Positions 52,415-62,208 of a stretch of 64,000 nucleotides of DNA are shown here, in pieces. Origin of the DNA: Nitrospirota bacterium (GTDB lineage: Bacteria > Nitrospirota > UBA9217); the NCBI GenBank assembly GCA_035623825.1, contig DASPSR010000030.1, forward strand, positions 1-64,000, read 5' to 3'. A program made the position numbers and the translations under genes. Every line of letters begins with the position of its first letter. The first letter of the stretch is position 1. The notes beneath the pieces are model-generated. The model did no database searches. It worked only from the letters and a program-made list of their open reading frames with translations, and was not told where the DNA came from.

Positions 52415-53095
52415 ATGAAAGCACCGTATTTTGTTGCCATCGATTTTGATGGCACGGTAACCGATGTAGACATCATCGATGCTATCCTGCAAGAATTTGC
52501 AAGGCCGGAATGGAAAGAAGTGGAAATATTATGGGAGCAGGGTCTCATCGGGTCCCGAGAATGTCTTGAGCGACAGATGGCCATGGTAGACAGGACTCTC
52601 GGTCAGCTCCTTGACTATACCGACCGATTTTCTATCGACGAGACATTCGAAAATTTTGTTGGCATTCTTGAAGACCGGCAGATACCTTTTGCAATAGTCA
52701 GCGATGGTTTTCGTGTGTTCATAGAAAGGGTACTCGAAAATGCCGGACTAATGGGGGTGCCAATCATTGCAAACGGGCTTTGGGAAGATCAGGGCAGGCT
52801 AATTACTGCTTTCCCCTACGCTGATCGGGATTGCAATGCCGCCAACTGCAAGTGCACGGCCGTGCAAGACTTGAGCAAGGACCGCTCACTTATCCTGATA
52901 GGCGACGGACAAAGTGATTTTTGCCTCGCACATAAAGCAGGCCTTGTCTTTACAAAGAAGAAACTCACTGCTTACTGTCAGAGATGCAAAATACCGCATT
53001 ACCCCTTTGATAATTTTGCTGATGTGGCGAAATTCTTTGATGTAAAGCACGCTGAAGCGGCGTCCTTATATTCTGTTGTTTCAGGAAAGGATTAA
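52415..53095 (+). CDS. MtnX-like HAD-IB family phosphatase
   Basis: DFDGTVT, IVSDGF, NCKC, IGDGQSDFCLA. Confidence 0.88.
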   Translation: MKAPYFVAIDFDGTVTDVDIIDAILQEFARPEWKEVEILWEQGLIGSRECLERQMAMVDRTLGQLLDYTDRFSIDETFENFVGILEDRQIPFAIVSDGFRVFIERVLENAGLMGVPIIANGLWEDQGRLITAFPYADRDCNAANCKCTAVQDLSKDRSLILIGDGQSDFCLAHKAGLVFTKKKLTAYCQRCKIPHYPFDNFADVAKFFDVKHAEAASLYSVVSGKD

Positions 53096-53097
53096 TA

Positions 53098-54489
53098 ATG
53101 GAAAAACTTCACGCCGAGCAGCTCACCGAGCAGGGATTGCTCGATCTTGAATCGCGCTACTGTTCATACGGCGACACGGTGCATTATTCAGAGCGCCCTG
53201 TCATCTTCGATGAATGCGAGGGTTCCTGGCTCTACGACATGCAGGGGACTCCTTATCTGGATGTACAGATGTGGTACTCCGCTGTAAATTTCGGGTACCG
53301 GAACAGAGATATCGAAGAGGCACACAATCATCAGATGAAGAGGCTGCCTCAGGTTGCATCCCAGTATCTCCACAAGGAGAAGATACTTCTCGCTACAGCC
53401 ATTGCGAGGGAGACAGAAAAGAGGTTTGGCTTAAAAGGCAGAGTGCATTTTAATGTTGGCGGAGCGCAAGCTATCGAGGATAGTATCAAGCTCGTGCGCA
53501 ATTTTAAAAAAGGCAAATCTCTTATGTTTGCGTTCATGGGCGGATATCATGGCCGGACCTTGGCCGCGACAGAGCTTACGAGCAGCTTCCGGTACCGGAA
53601 AAAATATGGTCATTTCGGCAGCAGAGCAACCTTCATCCCTTTCCCCTATTGTTATCGGTGCTTTTACGGCAAAGAACGTAAAACCTGCGAATACGAATGT
53701 GTTCGCCAGTTCGAAAAACTTTTTGAGTCAGAATACTATGGGGTGATTGATACCAAGGAAAACGAAGTCGAATACGCAGCCTTTTTTATTGAACCGGTCC
53801 AGGCAACGGGCGGATACATCATTCCGCCGCCCGAATACTTTGCCCGGCTTGCAGAGGTGCTCTCGAAGCACGGCATCCTGCTGGTTGATGACGAGATACA
53901 GATGGGGTTTTACCGGACGGGGAAGTTGTGGGCATTGGAGCATTTCGGGGTAAAACCGGATGTCGTTGCCTTCGCCAAATCGCTCACGAACGGTCTTAAC
54001 CCATTGTCCGGCATCTGGGCGCGTGAAGAACTCATTAACCCGAAGATGTTCCCGCCCGGATCGACTCATTCGACATTCTCAAGCAATCCTCTGGGTACTG
54101 CCGCCGGGCTTGCTACCATGGAGCTTTTGAACAAGTATGATTTTGCAAAAATGGCCGACGAAAAAGGGAAGTACCTGGTCTCGCTGCTGAAAGACCTTCA
54201 GAAAGAACATCCTGTGATCGGAAATGTTGATGGTTTGGGACTAGCCGTGAGGATCGAAATGACCAAGTCCGATGGTATTACGCCGGACAAAAAACTGACA
54301 GATGCCATTTTTCAGGAAGGCATGAAGGGGGATATCGCCATCAACGGCAAAAAATATGGCCTTGTACTGGATGTCGGAGGTTATTACAAGAACGTATTTA
54401 CCTTGGCGCCGGCTTTGACCATAACTTACGAAGAGATGGACTTGTTTATCCGTCTTTTCGAATCTCTACTTAATAGATGCGGAGAATAG
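53098..54489 (+). CDS. Class III PLP-dependent aminotransferase
   Basis: GGYHGRT, IEPVQATGG, DDEIQMGFYRTG, PLP-lysine in FAKSL, HSTFS. Confidence 0.92.
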   Translation: MEKLHAEQLTEQGLLDLESRYCSYGDTVHYSERPVIFDECEGSWLYDMQGTPYLDVQMWYSAVNFGYRNRDIEEAHNHQMKRLPQVASQYLHKEKILLATAIARETEKRFGLKGRVHFNVGGAQAIEDSIKLVRNFKKGKSLMFAFMGGYHGRTLAATELTSSFRYRKKYGHFGSRATFIPFPYCYRCFYGKERKTCEYECVRQFEKLFESEYYGVIDTKENEVEYAAFFIEPVQATGGYIIPPPEYFARLAEVLSKHGILLVDDEIQMGFYRTGKLWALEHFGVKPDVVAFAKSLTNGLNPLSGIWAREELINPKMFPPGSTHSTFSSNPLGTAAGLATMELLNKYDFAKMADEKGKYLVSLLKDLQKEHPVIGNVDGLGLAVRIEMTKSDGITPDKKLTDAIFQEGMKGDIAINGKKYGLVLDVGGYYKNVFTLAPALTITYEEMDLFIRLFESLLNRCGE

Positions 54490-54518
54490 ACCTGGTTGTA
54501 AAAGGAGGATGAAGCACT

Positions 54519-54779
54519 GTGACCACGACCTTGGAACGTATTAAAAAACTGTTTCTTGAGAACTTCGACTTTCCTGAAGAGCGGCTGCGTCCGGAAGCGA
54601 CCATTGAGAGCATCGGCCTCGATTCTCTTGATAAGATTGAGTTTTTATTCGCCCTGGAAAAAGAGTTCGACATAAAAATCCCCGATCGTGAGGTGAAGCT
54701 CGACTCCATCCAGGACATTATCGATGTGGTTGAGCGATTGGTCATGGAGCAACATGCGGAGCAAAGGCAGAGTGTTTAG
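54519..54779 (+). CDS. Acyl carrier protein
   Basis: Acidic 86-aa protein with GLDSLD phosphopantetheine site. Confidence 0.92.
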   Translation: MTTTLERIKKLFLENFDFPEERLRPEATIESIGLDSLDKIEFLFALEKEFDIKIPDREVKLDSIQDIIDVVERLVMEQHAEQRQSV

Positions 54780-56009
54780 ATGACACGAGTGGTCATAACA
54801 GGGATGGGCATCATATCCCCTGTGGGGAACAGCTGCGAGGAATTTTTTGACAATCTTGCTGCGGGTAGATCGGGCATCAAAAAAATGTCCTGGGATTTCG
54901 CCGATCGATTGTCAGTGAAAATATCTGCAGAAGTGGATTTCGATGTCGAAGCCTATTTCTCAAAGAAAACCGCGCGCACCCTTGATAGGGTCAGTCAGTT
55001 CGCGATGGTCGCTGCCTCACAGGCCTGGCAGGATGCTGCTATACAGCTCCCCGAAAAGGAACAAAAACGTGCAGGTGTGTATCTGGGAACAGGCATGGGA
55101 GGAGCGCGAACGCTTGAAGAGTCCTATGTTCAGCTCCTCAAACAGAATGTGAAGCGACTTCATCCTCTCACTGTGGTCATGGTCATGAATAATGCGGCAG
55201 CGTCCTATATCTCCATGACGCATCGGCTGAAAGGTCCTTGTCTCACCTATTCGACAGCCTGCTCATCCTCGGCAGTAGCTATCGGTGAAGCTTTTCGCCA
55301 GATCAAGCACGGGTACGCTGATGTCATGCTTGCTGGAGGGACCGAATCACTTCTCACGTTCGGTATTTTTATGAGCTGGGAATCAATCGGAACTCTGGCA
55401 CTGGAAGCGGAAGATCCATCGACGTCGTGCAGGCCTTTTTCAAAGGATCGGAGCGGCTTCGTACTCGGCGAAGGGTCGGCAATTCTGGTCCTTGAATCGT
55501 TGGATCGGGCAAAGAAACGGGGCGCTCGGATTTATGGGGAAGTAATCGGCTACGGATCAACGGCGGACGCAGATCACATTACTAAACCTTCAGTGGAAGG
55601 ACAGGCTGATGCCATGAGGGCGGCCCTAGAAGAAGCCAGAATAAGCCCTGACGATATTGATTATATAAACGCGCATGGTACTGCCACAGTGGCGAATGAT
55701 GCTGTCGAGACAAAGGCAATAAAGGAAGTATTCGGCCAGCGTGCCTGCCATATTCCGGTAAGTTCAACAAAATCAATGCATGGACATCTCCTGGGCGCGG
55801 CTGGCGCCGTGGAACTTGTAGCGGCAGTTCTCGCCCTGAACAAACGAATCGTTCCACCAACGGCAAACTTGATGGTGCCAGATCCCGAATGTGACCTTGA
55901 TTATGTGCCGGGAAAAGCAAGGACTGGCCTCGATCTAAAGGTCGTAATGTCCAATTCGTTCGCATTTGGCGGAACCAATGCTGTGCTTATTGTGAGAAAA
56001 CATGAGTGA
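54780..56009 (+). CDS. fabF: Beta-ketoacyl-ACP synthase II (FabF-like)
   Basis: VVITGMG, catalytic ACSSS, NAHGTAT, KSMHGHLLGAAG, SNSFAFGGTN. Confidence 0.9.
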   Translation: MTRVVITGMGIISPVGNSCEEFFDNLAAGRSGIKKMSWDFADRLSVKISAEVDFDVEAYFSKKTARTLDRVSQFAMVAASQAWQDAAIQLPEKEQKRAGVYLGTGMGGARTLEESYVQLLKQNVKRLHPLTVVMVMNNAAASYISMTHRLKGPCLTYSTACSSSAVAIGEAFRQIKHGYADVMLAGGTESLLTFGIFMSWESIGTLALEAEDPSTSCRPFSKDRSGFVLGEGSAILVLESLDRAKKRGARIYGEVIGYGSTADADHITKPSVEGQADAMRAALEEARISPDDIDYINAHGTATVANDAVETKAIKEVFGQRACHIPVSSTKSMHGHLLGAAGAVELVAAVLALNKRIVPPTANLMVPDPECDLDYVPGKARTGLDLKVVMSNSFAFGGTNAVLIVRKHE

Positions 56010-56808
56010 ACATAAAATTGACATGAGGGGGGGAGAACATGCAGTTCTTCTGATCCATGGTCTGACCGGCAGCCCCTTTGAAATGAAATATCTGGCTAGG
56101 GAATTAAACCGCGCAGGTTTCACGGTAAAGGGCCCGTGCTTGGCTGGTCACGGTAAGACACTCGGGGACCTGAAGAGAACGCGATGGCAGGATTGGTATA
56201 GGACAGTATGCGAGTCGTTCCAAGAACTGAAAAGAAGTCATGCAAAGGTCTCTATCGCCGGTCTTTGCATGGGAGCGTTGCTGGCCCTTAAGTTATCCGT
56301 TGATTTTGAAGAAGAAGTAAGTTCTGTTTCTCTTATTTCAACGACATTGTTTTATGACGGCTGGGGGCTTCCTTGGTACAAATTCCTGTTGCCTCTGGCT
56401 TACTTTGCTCCTTTCTGCCACATGTATTCCTTCAAAGAGCGCGACCCGTACGGTATCAAGAATGAGGCACTCCGGACGAGGATTGTCGAAGGCATGCGGG
56501 ACGGGTCCATTGCTCACGAAAGCGTTCCTGGCGTAAGCATGCGAGAGCTCTACCGGTTTATCGATGTAACGAAGAAAAAAATCATTGCCCGGGTAACCGC
56601 ACCCACGCTGATCATCCATTCGAAGGATGACGATCTTGCGAGCGCAAAGAACGCCCTTTATGTTCTTAAGCACATCAAAAGCAAGGATGTCCGCATGCTA
56701 TTGCTCGATGACTGTTATCATATGGTTCCGATCGATAACCAGCGTAGCGTGGCGGCAAATGAGATCATTCATTTCTTCAAAGGTCAGTCCTGCTTGGCAA
56801 GAACTTGA
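56002..56808 (+). CDS. Alpha/beta hydrolase (carboxylesterase-like) with Cys nucleophile GLCMG
   Basis: LIHGLTGSP, LAGHG, GLCMG, HSKDDD, YHMV. Confidence 0.85.
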   Translation: MSEHKIDMRGGEHAVLLIHGLTGSPFEMKYLARELNRAGFTVKGPCLAGHGKTLGDLKRTRWQDWYRTVCESFQELKRSHAKVSIAGLCMGALLALKLSVDFEEEVSSVSLISTTLFYDGWGLPWYKFLLPLAYFAPFCHMYSFKERDPYGIKNEALRTRIVEGMRDGSIAHESVPGVSMRELYRFIDVTKKKIIARVTAPTLIIHSKDDDLASAKNALYVLKHIKSKDVRMLLLDDCYHMVPIDNQRSVAANEIIHFFKGQSCLART

Positions 56809-57040
56809 CTAAGACCTTGATTTCCACCAGCGAGACAAGTTCATCCAAAATGCATCCTGCTGCAAACCGGTTCAGGCGTTCTTACTCAACACAATGAAAA
56901 TGCAGCATCAGCTCACAAAAAAGTTTGCTGCATGCAATGTTGTCCGGGTGATCTTTACCCATCTGCTCGTCGTGTATACCAGGCCGAGCCTCGTTCCGCC
57001 AGTGTCGTCGAGAATAGTGCGGCACCTTCCATCAAATCTA

Positions 57041-57068
57041 TTGACAAAACACGTGCATTCCTTATAAT
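57041..57068 (+). promoter_or_regulatory. sigma70-like promoter of the MFS gene
   Basis: TTGACA-N16-TATAAT. Confidence 0.5.
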
Positions 57069-57105
57069 CCCTTGATTGCTGCTTGGACAACAATCGGAAA
57101 TCCTC

Positions 57106-58641
57106 ATGTCAAAACCTGACCAACATGAAGTTGTTCTGGCATCGCCCGGAGAGATACGGACCGTAGTCATCGGCCTGATGCTGGCCTTGACGCTCGCAGC
57201 TCTCGACCAAAACATCGTGGGCGTAGCCCTGCCCCGGATCGTGAGCGACCTGGGCGGCCTCGCACATTTGTCGTGGGTCGTCACATCGTTCATGGTGACC
57301 TCAACTGCCACGACGCCTCTATATGGCAAGCTTTCTGACCTCTATGGACGAAAGCCACTTTTCATCACATCGATCCTTATCTTTCTCATAGGCTCCAGCC
57401 TCTGTGGCCTATCGCGCTCGATGGCCGAACTCGTGGTCTTTCGTGGAATCCAAGGGATCGGCGCGGGTGGTCTCATAACCCTGGCTATGACGACCATCGC
57501 CGACCTCGTGGCCCCGCGCGAGCGGGGAAGGTATCAGGGCCTGTTCGGCGCAGCCTTCGCCTTTTCGAGCATCGCGGGTCCGCTCCTAGGGGGCTTCATC
57601 ACGAGTGCTCTGTCGTGGCGATGGATCTTCTATGTCAACCTGCCGATCGGTCTCGTGGCACTGTTTTTTTTCATCTTTGGTTTTCACCGTCCTCATCGCC
57701 GCGTATCGCATCGTATTGATTATCTGGGCGTGGTGCTCCTAACATCCGGGACCGTGGCGCTGCTTCTGGTCCTGAGCATGGGCGGTGTGCAGTACTCCTG
57801 GTCGTCGCCGCTCATCATCGGGTTAGCGGCATTGGCAGGACTGCTCTGCTGCCTTCTGGTTGCTACGGAGCGACGCTCCGCGGAACCAGTATTCCCCTCC
57901 CATCTATTTCAGAGCCGGGTCTTCATCATTGCTTCGGGAACCATGGCGACCACATTTATGGGCCTTTTCGGCGCCGCTGTGTTCCTCCCCCTCTTTTTTC
58001 AACTTGTTTTGGGTTATGCGCCGGCTGAGGCGGGGCTCTTGATGGCCCCGATGACCGCCGGCGTGGTCGTGTCCTCATTTCTCGGTGGCCGACTCGTCTC
58101 TTTGACCGGAAAATATAAGATCTTTCCCGTCGTCGGTCTTGCAGCGGCAAGCCTCGCATTCCTGACGGTAATGGCTGCGTCAGCCCTGCACGCAGGAATC
58201 GTCGTCATCGAAACGTCACTCATCGTTCTGGGCATCGGGTTCGGCCTGGTCATGCCTAATCTTATGGTAGCGATTCAAAACTCGGTCAGAAGCCGGGAAT
58301 TGGGCGCAGCGACAGCTGCCTCGACGTTCTTCCGTTCCCTCGGCGGCACCTTCGGTGTCGCTCTGTCCGGCGCTATCATAACGGCCCAACTCAAGGGACT
58401 GCACCTTGCCAGTACGCCGAGTGCCAGCGCCCGATCACTTCTCGAGCAGGGGCTCAGGGAGATCTCGCAGCTTCCCGAAGTCCAGCGAAACGTCGTCATT
58501 GAAACCTACCGCCACGCAATCACCATAACGTTCCTCGTAGGTGCTATCATCACCGGCCTCGCCTTTACGCTCGTGCTTTTTCTTCCAGAGCATCCACTCC
58601 GATCCGGCCGGCACAGCGAGAAAACAAGGGAAGATGGTTAA
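57106..58641 (+). CDS. DHA2 (EmrB/QacA-type) MFS efflux transporter
   Basis: LAALDQNIV..ALP, YGKLSDLYGRK, GPLLGG, WRWIFYVNLPIG. Confidence 0.92.
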   Translation: MSKPDQHEVVLASPGEIRTVVIGLMLALTLAALDQNIVGVALPRIVSDLGGLAHLSWVVTSFMVTSTATTPLYGKLSDLYGRKPLFITSILIFLIGSSLCGLSRSMAELVVFRGIQGIGAGGLITLAMTTIADLVAPRERGRYQGLFGAAFAFSSIAGPLLGGFITSALSWRWIFYVNLPIGLVALFFFIFGFHRPHRRVSHRIDYLGVVLLTSGTVALLLVLSMGGVQYSWSSPLIIGLAALAGLLCCLLVATERRSAEPVFPSHLFQSRVFIIASGTMATTFMGLFGAAVFLPLFFQLVLGYAPAEAGLLMAPMTAGVVVSSFLGGRLVSLTGKYKIFPVVGLAAASLAFLTVMAASALHAGIVVIETSLIVLGIGFGLVMPNLMVAIQNSVRSRELGAATAASTFFRSLGGTFGVALSGAIITAQLKGLHLASTPSASARSLLEQGLREISQLPEVQRNVVIETYRHAITITFLVGAIITGLAFTLVLFLPEHPLRSGRHSEKTREDG

Positions 58642-58880
58642 TGTTGATTCTCACTCGAAGGACACCGTTATTGTCGCACTGAGAACACCGCCAGCGTCAG
58701 CTTGTTCACATATTTTCAACCCGGATTGGTTCCTTCCAGAGCCCACGTGGCTATAAATTTCGTCCCGCCTTGATAAACCACCTGCCGCGTGATATCCTTT
58801 AGCAAGTTAATGAATCAATTTGTCAACCACTATCTGGCTTCATCAGTAAAAAAACGCTGTCTCGAAGAAGGGAGGAGAGT

Positions 58881-59813
58881 ATGCCGCCTCGTTCGATTTT
58901 GGTTGCCGATGATATAGAAAACCAGACCGATGCTGGTAAAAGACGCTCGCTGGCGATATGGAGTGTCGCCACATTTTTAGCACGGCGGCTCAATACCACT
59001 ATTGACCTGCTGTATGTGGAAGATATAAAAGCATACCCATACCGCGGTTTTGATCCAGCTCGTTTCCAGGGATGGCATTCACGCCATGAGATAAAAATTA
59101 AAGAGCTGGCTCGCCGCAATTCGATTTCCGTCCGCGCCGTTTTAAAAGGCGGGTCTGTTCCCGATGAAATTCTTAAGACCTTACGAGTGAAGACAGCGCC
59201 GGAGCTCATCGTTATGGGCACACAGGGCCGCAAGGGATTGAATCGCGTGTTCATAGGAAGTGTCGCCGAAGAAGTGGTCCGTCACTCGCGGCGTCCGGTG
59301 ATTGTGATAGGACCCGTCGCCCAAAAAAAGAGTCAGGATACGGGCGCACTGAAAAAATTAGACATTCTTGTTGCGACCGATCTCAGCAAAAACAGCCGTC
59401 CAGCTGAGCGGTATGCGCTTTCTCTTGCAAGGCGCATCGGCGCACGAGTCGTATTGTTCCATTGTCTCGGGGACAGTTACCGGATCATCATTCATGAAAG
59501 CAGTATGGTTTCCGGCTGGGTGCCGTTCAATCTCGAGGACATATTAGAAGATATCCGAAATAATGCGGAGAGATCCATGAAGCAAAAGACGGATTTTTTC
59601 CGCAGGCACGATGTGCCGTGCGAATATAAAATAGAAGATACCCCGATAACGTCTTCCTGCGCGGTTTACCAAGAGGGCGACAAGGGCTATTCGTTCATCG
59701 TAATGGGGACTCATGGCAGGAATGTATTGCTGGAAGCCTACTTTGGAAGCACTGCCCGCGAAACGATCTTAAACGCATCGATCCCTGTGATAATAGTGCA
59801 TTCAGGAAAATAG
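58881..59813 (+). CDS. Tandem-domain universal stress protein
   Basis: Two USP domains: IVMGTQGRKG..IGSVAE and IVMGTHGR..FGSTA. Confidence 0.9.
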   Translation: MPPRSILVADDIENQTDAGKRRSLAIWSVATFLARRLNTTIDLLYVEDIKAYPYRGFDPARFQGWHSRHEIKIKELARRNSISVRAVLKGGSVPDEILKTLRVKTAPELIVMGTQGRKGLNRVFIGSVAEEVVRHSRRPVIVIGPVAQKKSQDTGALKKLDILVATDLSKNSRPAERYALSLARRIGARVVLFHCLGDSYRIIIHESSMVSGWVPFNLEDILEDIRNNAERSMKQKTDFFRRHDVPCEYKIEDTPITSSCAVYQEGDKGYSFIVMGTHGRNVLLEAYFGSTARETILNASIPVIIVHSGK

Positions 59814-60014
59814 ACATTATCGATCCTGGAGAGTCACTTTTCAGCGAACGGCCGACGGGGAGGGGAGGTCCGGTGCTGCGAACGTTTTCGCGGCTCACGC
59901 GCAGGTCCGGTACATAACCAGGTCATCCTGTCCTGCCGAGCAATGCTGAAGGAGATCCGGGGCTAGGAAATCGTCACCAGAATACCGCTACCCTTGGCTT
60001 TTTAGACCTGCCGG

Positions 60015-60048
60015 GGATGCCCTCGATTTTAGCCGGTGAGGACGTCAA
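60015..60048 (+). mobile_element. Possible degenerate IS200/IS605-type right-end remnant
   Basis: GGATGCCCTCGATTTTAGCCGGTGAGGACGTCAA resembles the hairpin-TTTAG-hairpin-GAGGA.GTCAA end pattern of tnpB elements. No transposase nearby. Confidence 0.3.
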
Positions 60049-60328
60049 GAGCCTAACTTCAATGCCCTTGATAAACTTTTTTTGAAATTCACCTATCTCT
60101 TGATCATCCTTCATTAGTCCCACCGCTTAGGGAGTTATCACAATCCGTTTCTTATATTTCTTGATATATGATATTTTCATTTGAAGCAATGCACCAATAA
60201 AATATCAGTTAAGATGATCAGTGCAAACAAAGAGTGGCAAAGCAGTATCATCTATGATATCATTTCGACGGTCTAAAACTGTTACCATAGTGACACACCG
60301 CGGTCACAACGAGTCTCTGCAAGAAATC

Positions 60329-61567
60329 ATGCAAAACGACATCGAGGGAATTGATAAAGCTGGAAGCTCTTCCGGCAAAATGAGGCACACGGGTTTCAGG
60401 GTTCTAGCCGCAATCAGTTTTTCGCACTTTCTGAACGACATGATTCAGTCGTTAATTCTTGCGATCTATCCATTGATCAAGGGGACATTCCAACTCACCT
60501 TTGCGCAGATCGGTCTGATTACGCTGACCTATCAGATCACCGCTTCCCTGCTCCAACCCATGGTCGGGTTCTACACTGACCGCCATCCGAAGCCCTACTC
60601 CCTGGCCCTCGGCATGGCCTGCACCCTTGTTGGCCTACTCGTCCTGGCCGCGGCGCCAAACTACAGTGCTCTTCTTGTCGCCGCGGCGCTCGTCGGGACC
60701 GGTTCGTCGATCTTTCACCCGGAGTCGTCACGGGTGGCCCGCATGGCTTCAGGCGGCCAGTACGGGCTGGCCCAGTCGATCTTCCAGGTCGGGGGGAATT
60801 CAGGAAGCGCGGTTGGGCCGCTCCTTGCCGCCTGGATTATCATCCCACAGGGACAGAAGAGCGTGGCGTGGTTCTCGATCGCGGCTCTTCTTGCTATTTC
60901 GGTTTTGTGGCAGGTGGGGGGCTGGTATAAGCGCCGGCAGGCAAACATTGGTCATCGGCCAAGGTCGCACGATGGTCTACACACGACCTTGCCGCCGCGC
61001 ACCGTTTTACTCTCAATGCTGGTTCTCCTGCTGTTGATCTTCTCGAAGTTCTTTTATCTATCAAGTCTCAACAGCTATTACATTTTCTATCTGATGCATC
61101 GCTTCCACCTGTCCGTGCAATCAGCACAGGTGCACCTATTCGCGTTTTTATTCGCAGTGGCGACGGGCACCGTCATGGGTGGACACATCGGTGACCGTAT
61201 CGGAAGGAAGCGAGTTATTTGGTTCTCAATCTTGGGTTCAGCACCCTTCGCGCTTGTCATGCCATATGCGAATCTTGCATGGACGGGCATCCTCGCTTTC
61301 ATCATCGGTCTTATCCTTGCTTCCGCCTTCTCAGCTATCCTCGTGTTCGCTCAGGAACTTATTCCTGGAAAAGTGGGTACCGTGTCAGGCCTCTTCTTCG
61401 GCATCGCTTTCGGTATAGCCGGGATCGGTGCCGCTGTTTTGGGCAAAATAGCCGACCAGAACGGCATCGAATTCGTTTACCATGTGTGCTCGTATCTCCC
61501 CTTGATCGGTGTATTGACCGCCTTTTTGCCAGACCTCGGTCGCAAGAGAGACTCAGCCATTTCATAG
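60329..61567 (+). CDS. fsr: Fsr-like (fosmidomycin resistance family) MFS transporter
   Basis: SHFLNDMIQSL..AIYP, SLLQP.VG.YTD, GSSIFHPESSRVARMASGG, AFSAILVFAQELIPG. Confidence 0.85.
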   Translation: MQNDIEGIDKAGSSSGKMRHTGFRVLAAISFSHFLNDMIQSLILAIYPLIKGTFQLTFAQIGLITLTYQITASLLQPMVGFYTDRHPKPYSLALGMACTLVGLLVLAAAPNYSALLVAAALVGTGSSIFHPESSRVARMASGGQYGLAQSIFQVGGNSGSAVGPLLAAWIIIPQGQKSVAWFSIAALLAISVLWQVGGWYKRRQANIGHRPRSHDGLHTTLPPRTVLLSMLVLLLLIFSKFFYLSSLNSYYIFYLMHRFHLSVQSAQVHLFAFLFAVATGTVMGGHIGDRIGRKRVIWFSILGSAPFALVMPYANLAWTGILAFIIGLILASAFSAILVFAQELIPGKVGTVSGLFFGIAFGIAGIGAAVLGKIADQNGIEFVYHVCSYLPLIGVLTAFLPDLGRKRDSAIS

Positions 61568-61625
61568 ATTGTCCTGTACTCCAGCACTTCCATCTATCAG
61601 GTAACTGCTTAACTTCATTAATTTC

Positions 61626-61672
61626 TTGACAAATATCCGATTTAGAGTATACTAATCTAAAGTAAACTCTAA
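61626..61672 (+). promoter_or_regulatory. sigma70 promoter overlapped by an inverted-repeat operator
   Basis: TTGACA-N16-TATACT, with TTAGAGTATACT-N7-AGTAAACTCTAA (11 of 12 palindromic) covering the -10 box. Confidence 0.6.
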
Positions 61673-61751
61673 TAGATCAAATTGTAGTGGACCAACTTTA
61701 TTTATTCTAAATCAGCTTGCGGAAGGCTGATTTCTTCATTAGGTGAAAAAT

Positions 61752-61937
61752 ATGGCAAAAACAGATAAAATTTCAGTTTATTATGACAAGGAAAAAGATG
61801 GAGATTTGAAAGGGATGATAAAGAAATTGTCGGAAAGTGAGGGGAATTTTTTCCGCCGTTCTGAAAGCGAAATCATAAGAATGATATTGTCGAAAGCGCT
61901 ACCTAAAGAATTAGAAAAATTTGCGCTGAAAAAATGA
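61752..61937 (+). CDS. Small ribbon-helix-helix (CopG-like) DNA-binding protein
   Basis: RBS AGGTG, beta-strand KISVYY, a helix, then SESEIIRMIL (RHH helix-B pattern). Confidence 0.55.
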   Translation: MAKTDKISVYYDKEKDGDLKGMIKKLSESEGNFFRRSESEIIRMILSKALPKELEKFALKK

Positions 61938-62208
61938 TGAGTTCCAAGATATTAAACCTTGTGTTTTAAGAAAGGTTTGCAGTTTGCTAATGGTTGAAGG
62001 ACCTGAGATTCTCGTTCGTGCTCAGAGTCAAGCCGCAATGAAGTTTTTCGAAAGGGGGGATCACACTAAGATCTGGAACTCATTAGCAACAAGACGCAAC
62101 AATACCGTTTCTTCCATTGCCCGGCTGCAGTTGACGATACACAGTAGGCGATCCAATAGGAGATAGAGGTATATCACGGTAATGTTCTTGCTAAGGAGAC
62201 AATCGGAT

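Noticed and set aside
60329-61567. Functional link between Fsr (fosmidomycin, an MEP-pathway inhibitor) and hopanoid synthesis
   Set aside because: Fsr-family MFS genes are widespread, this one is about 37 kb from the cluster, and nothing in the sequence supports a link.
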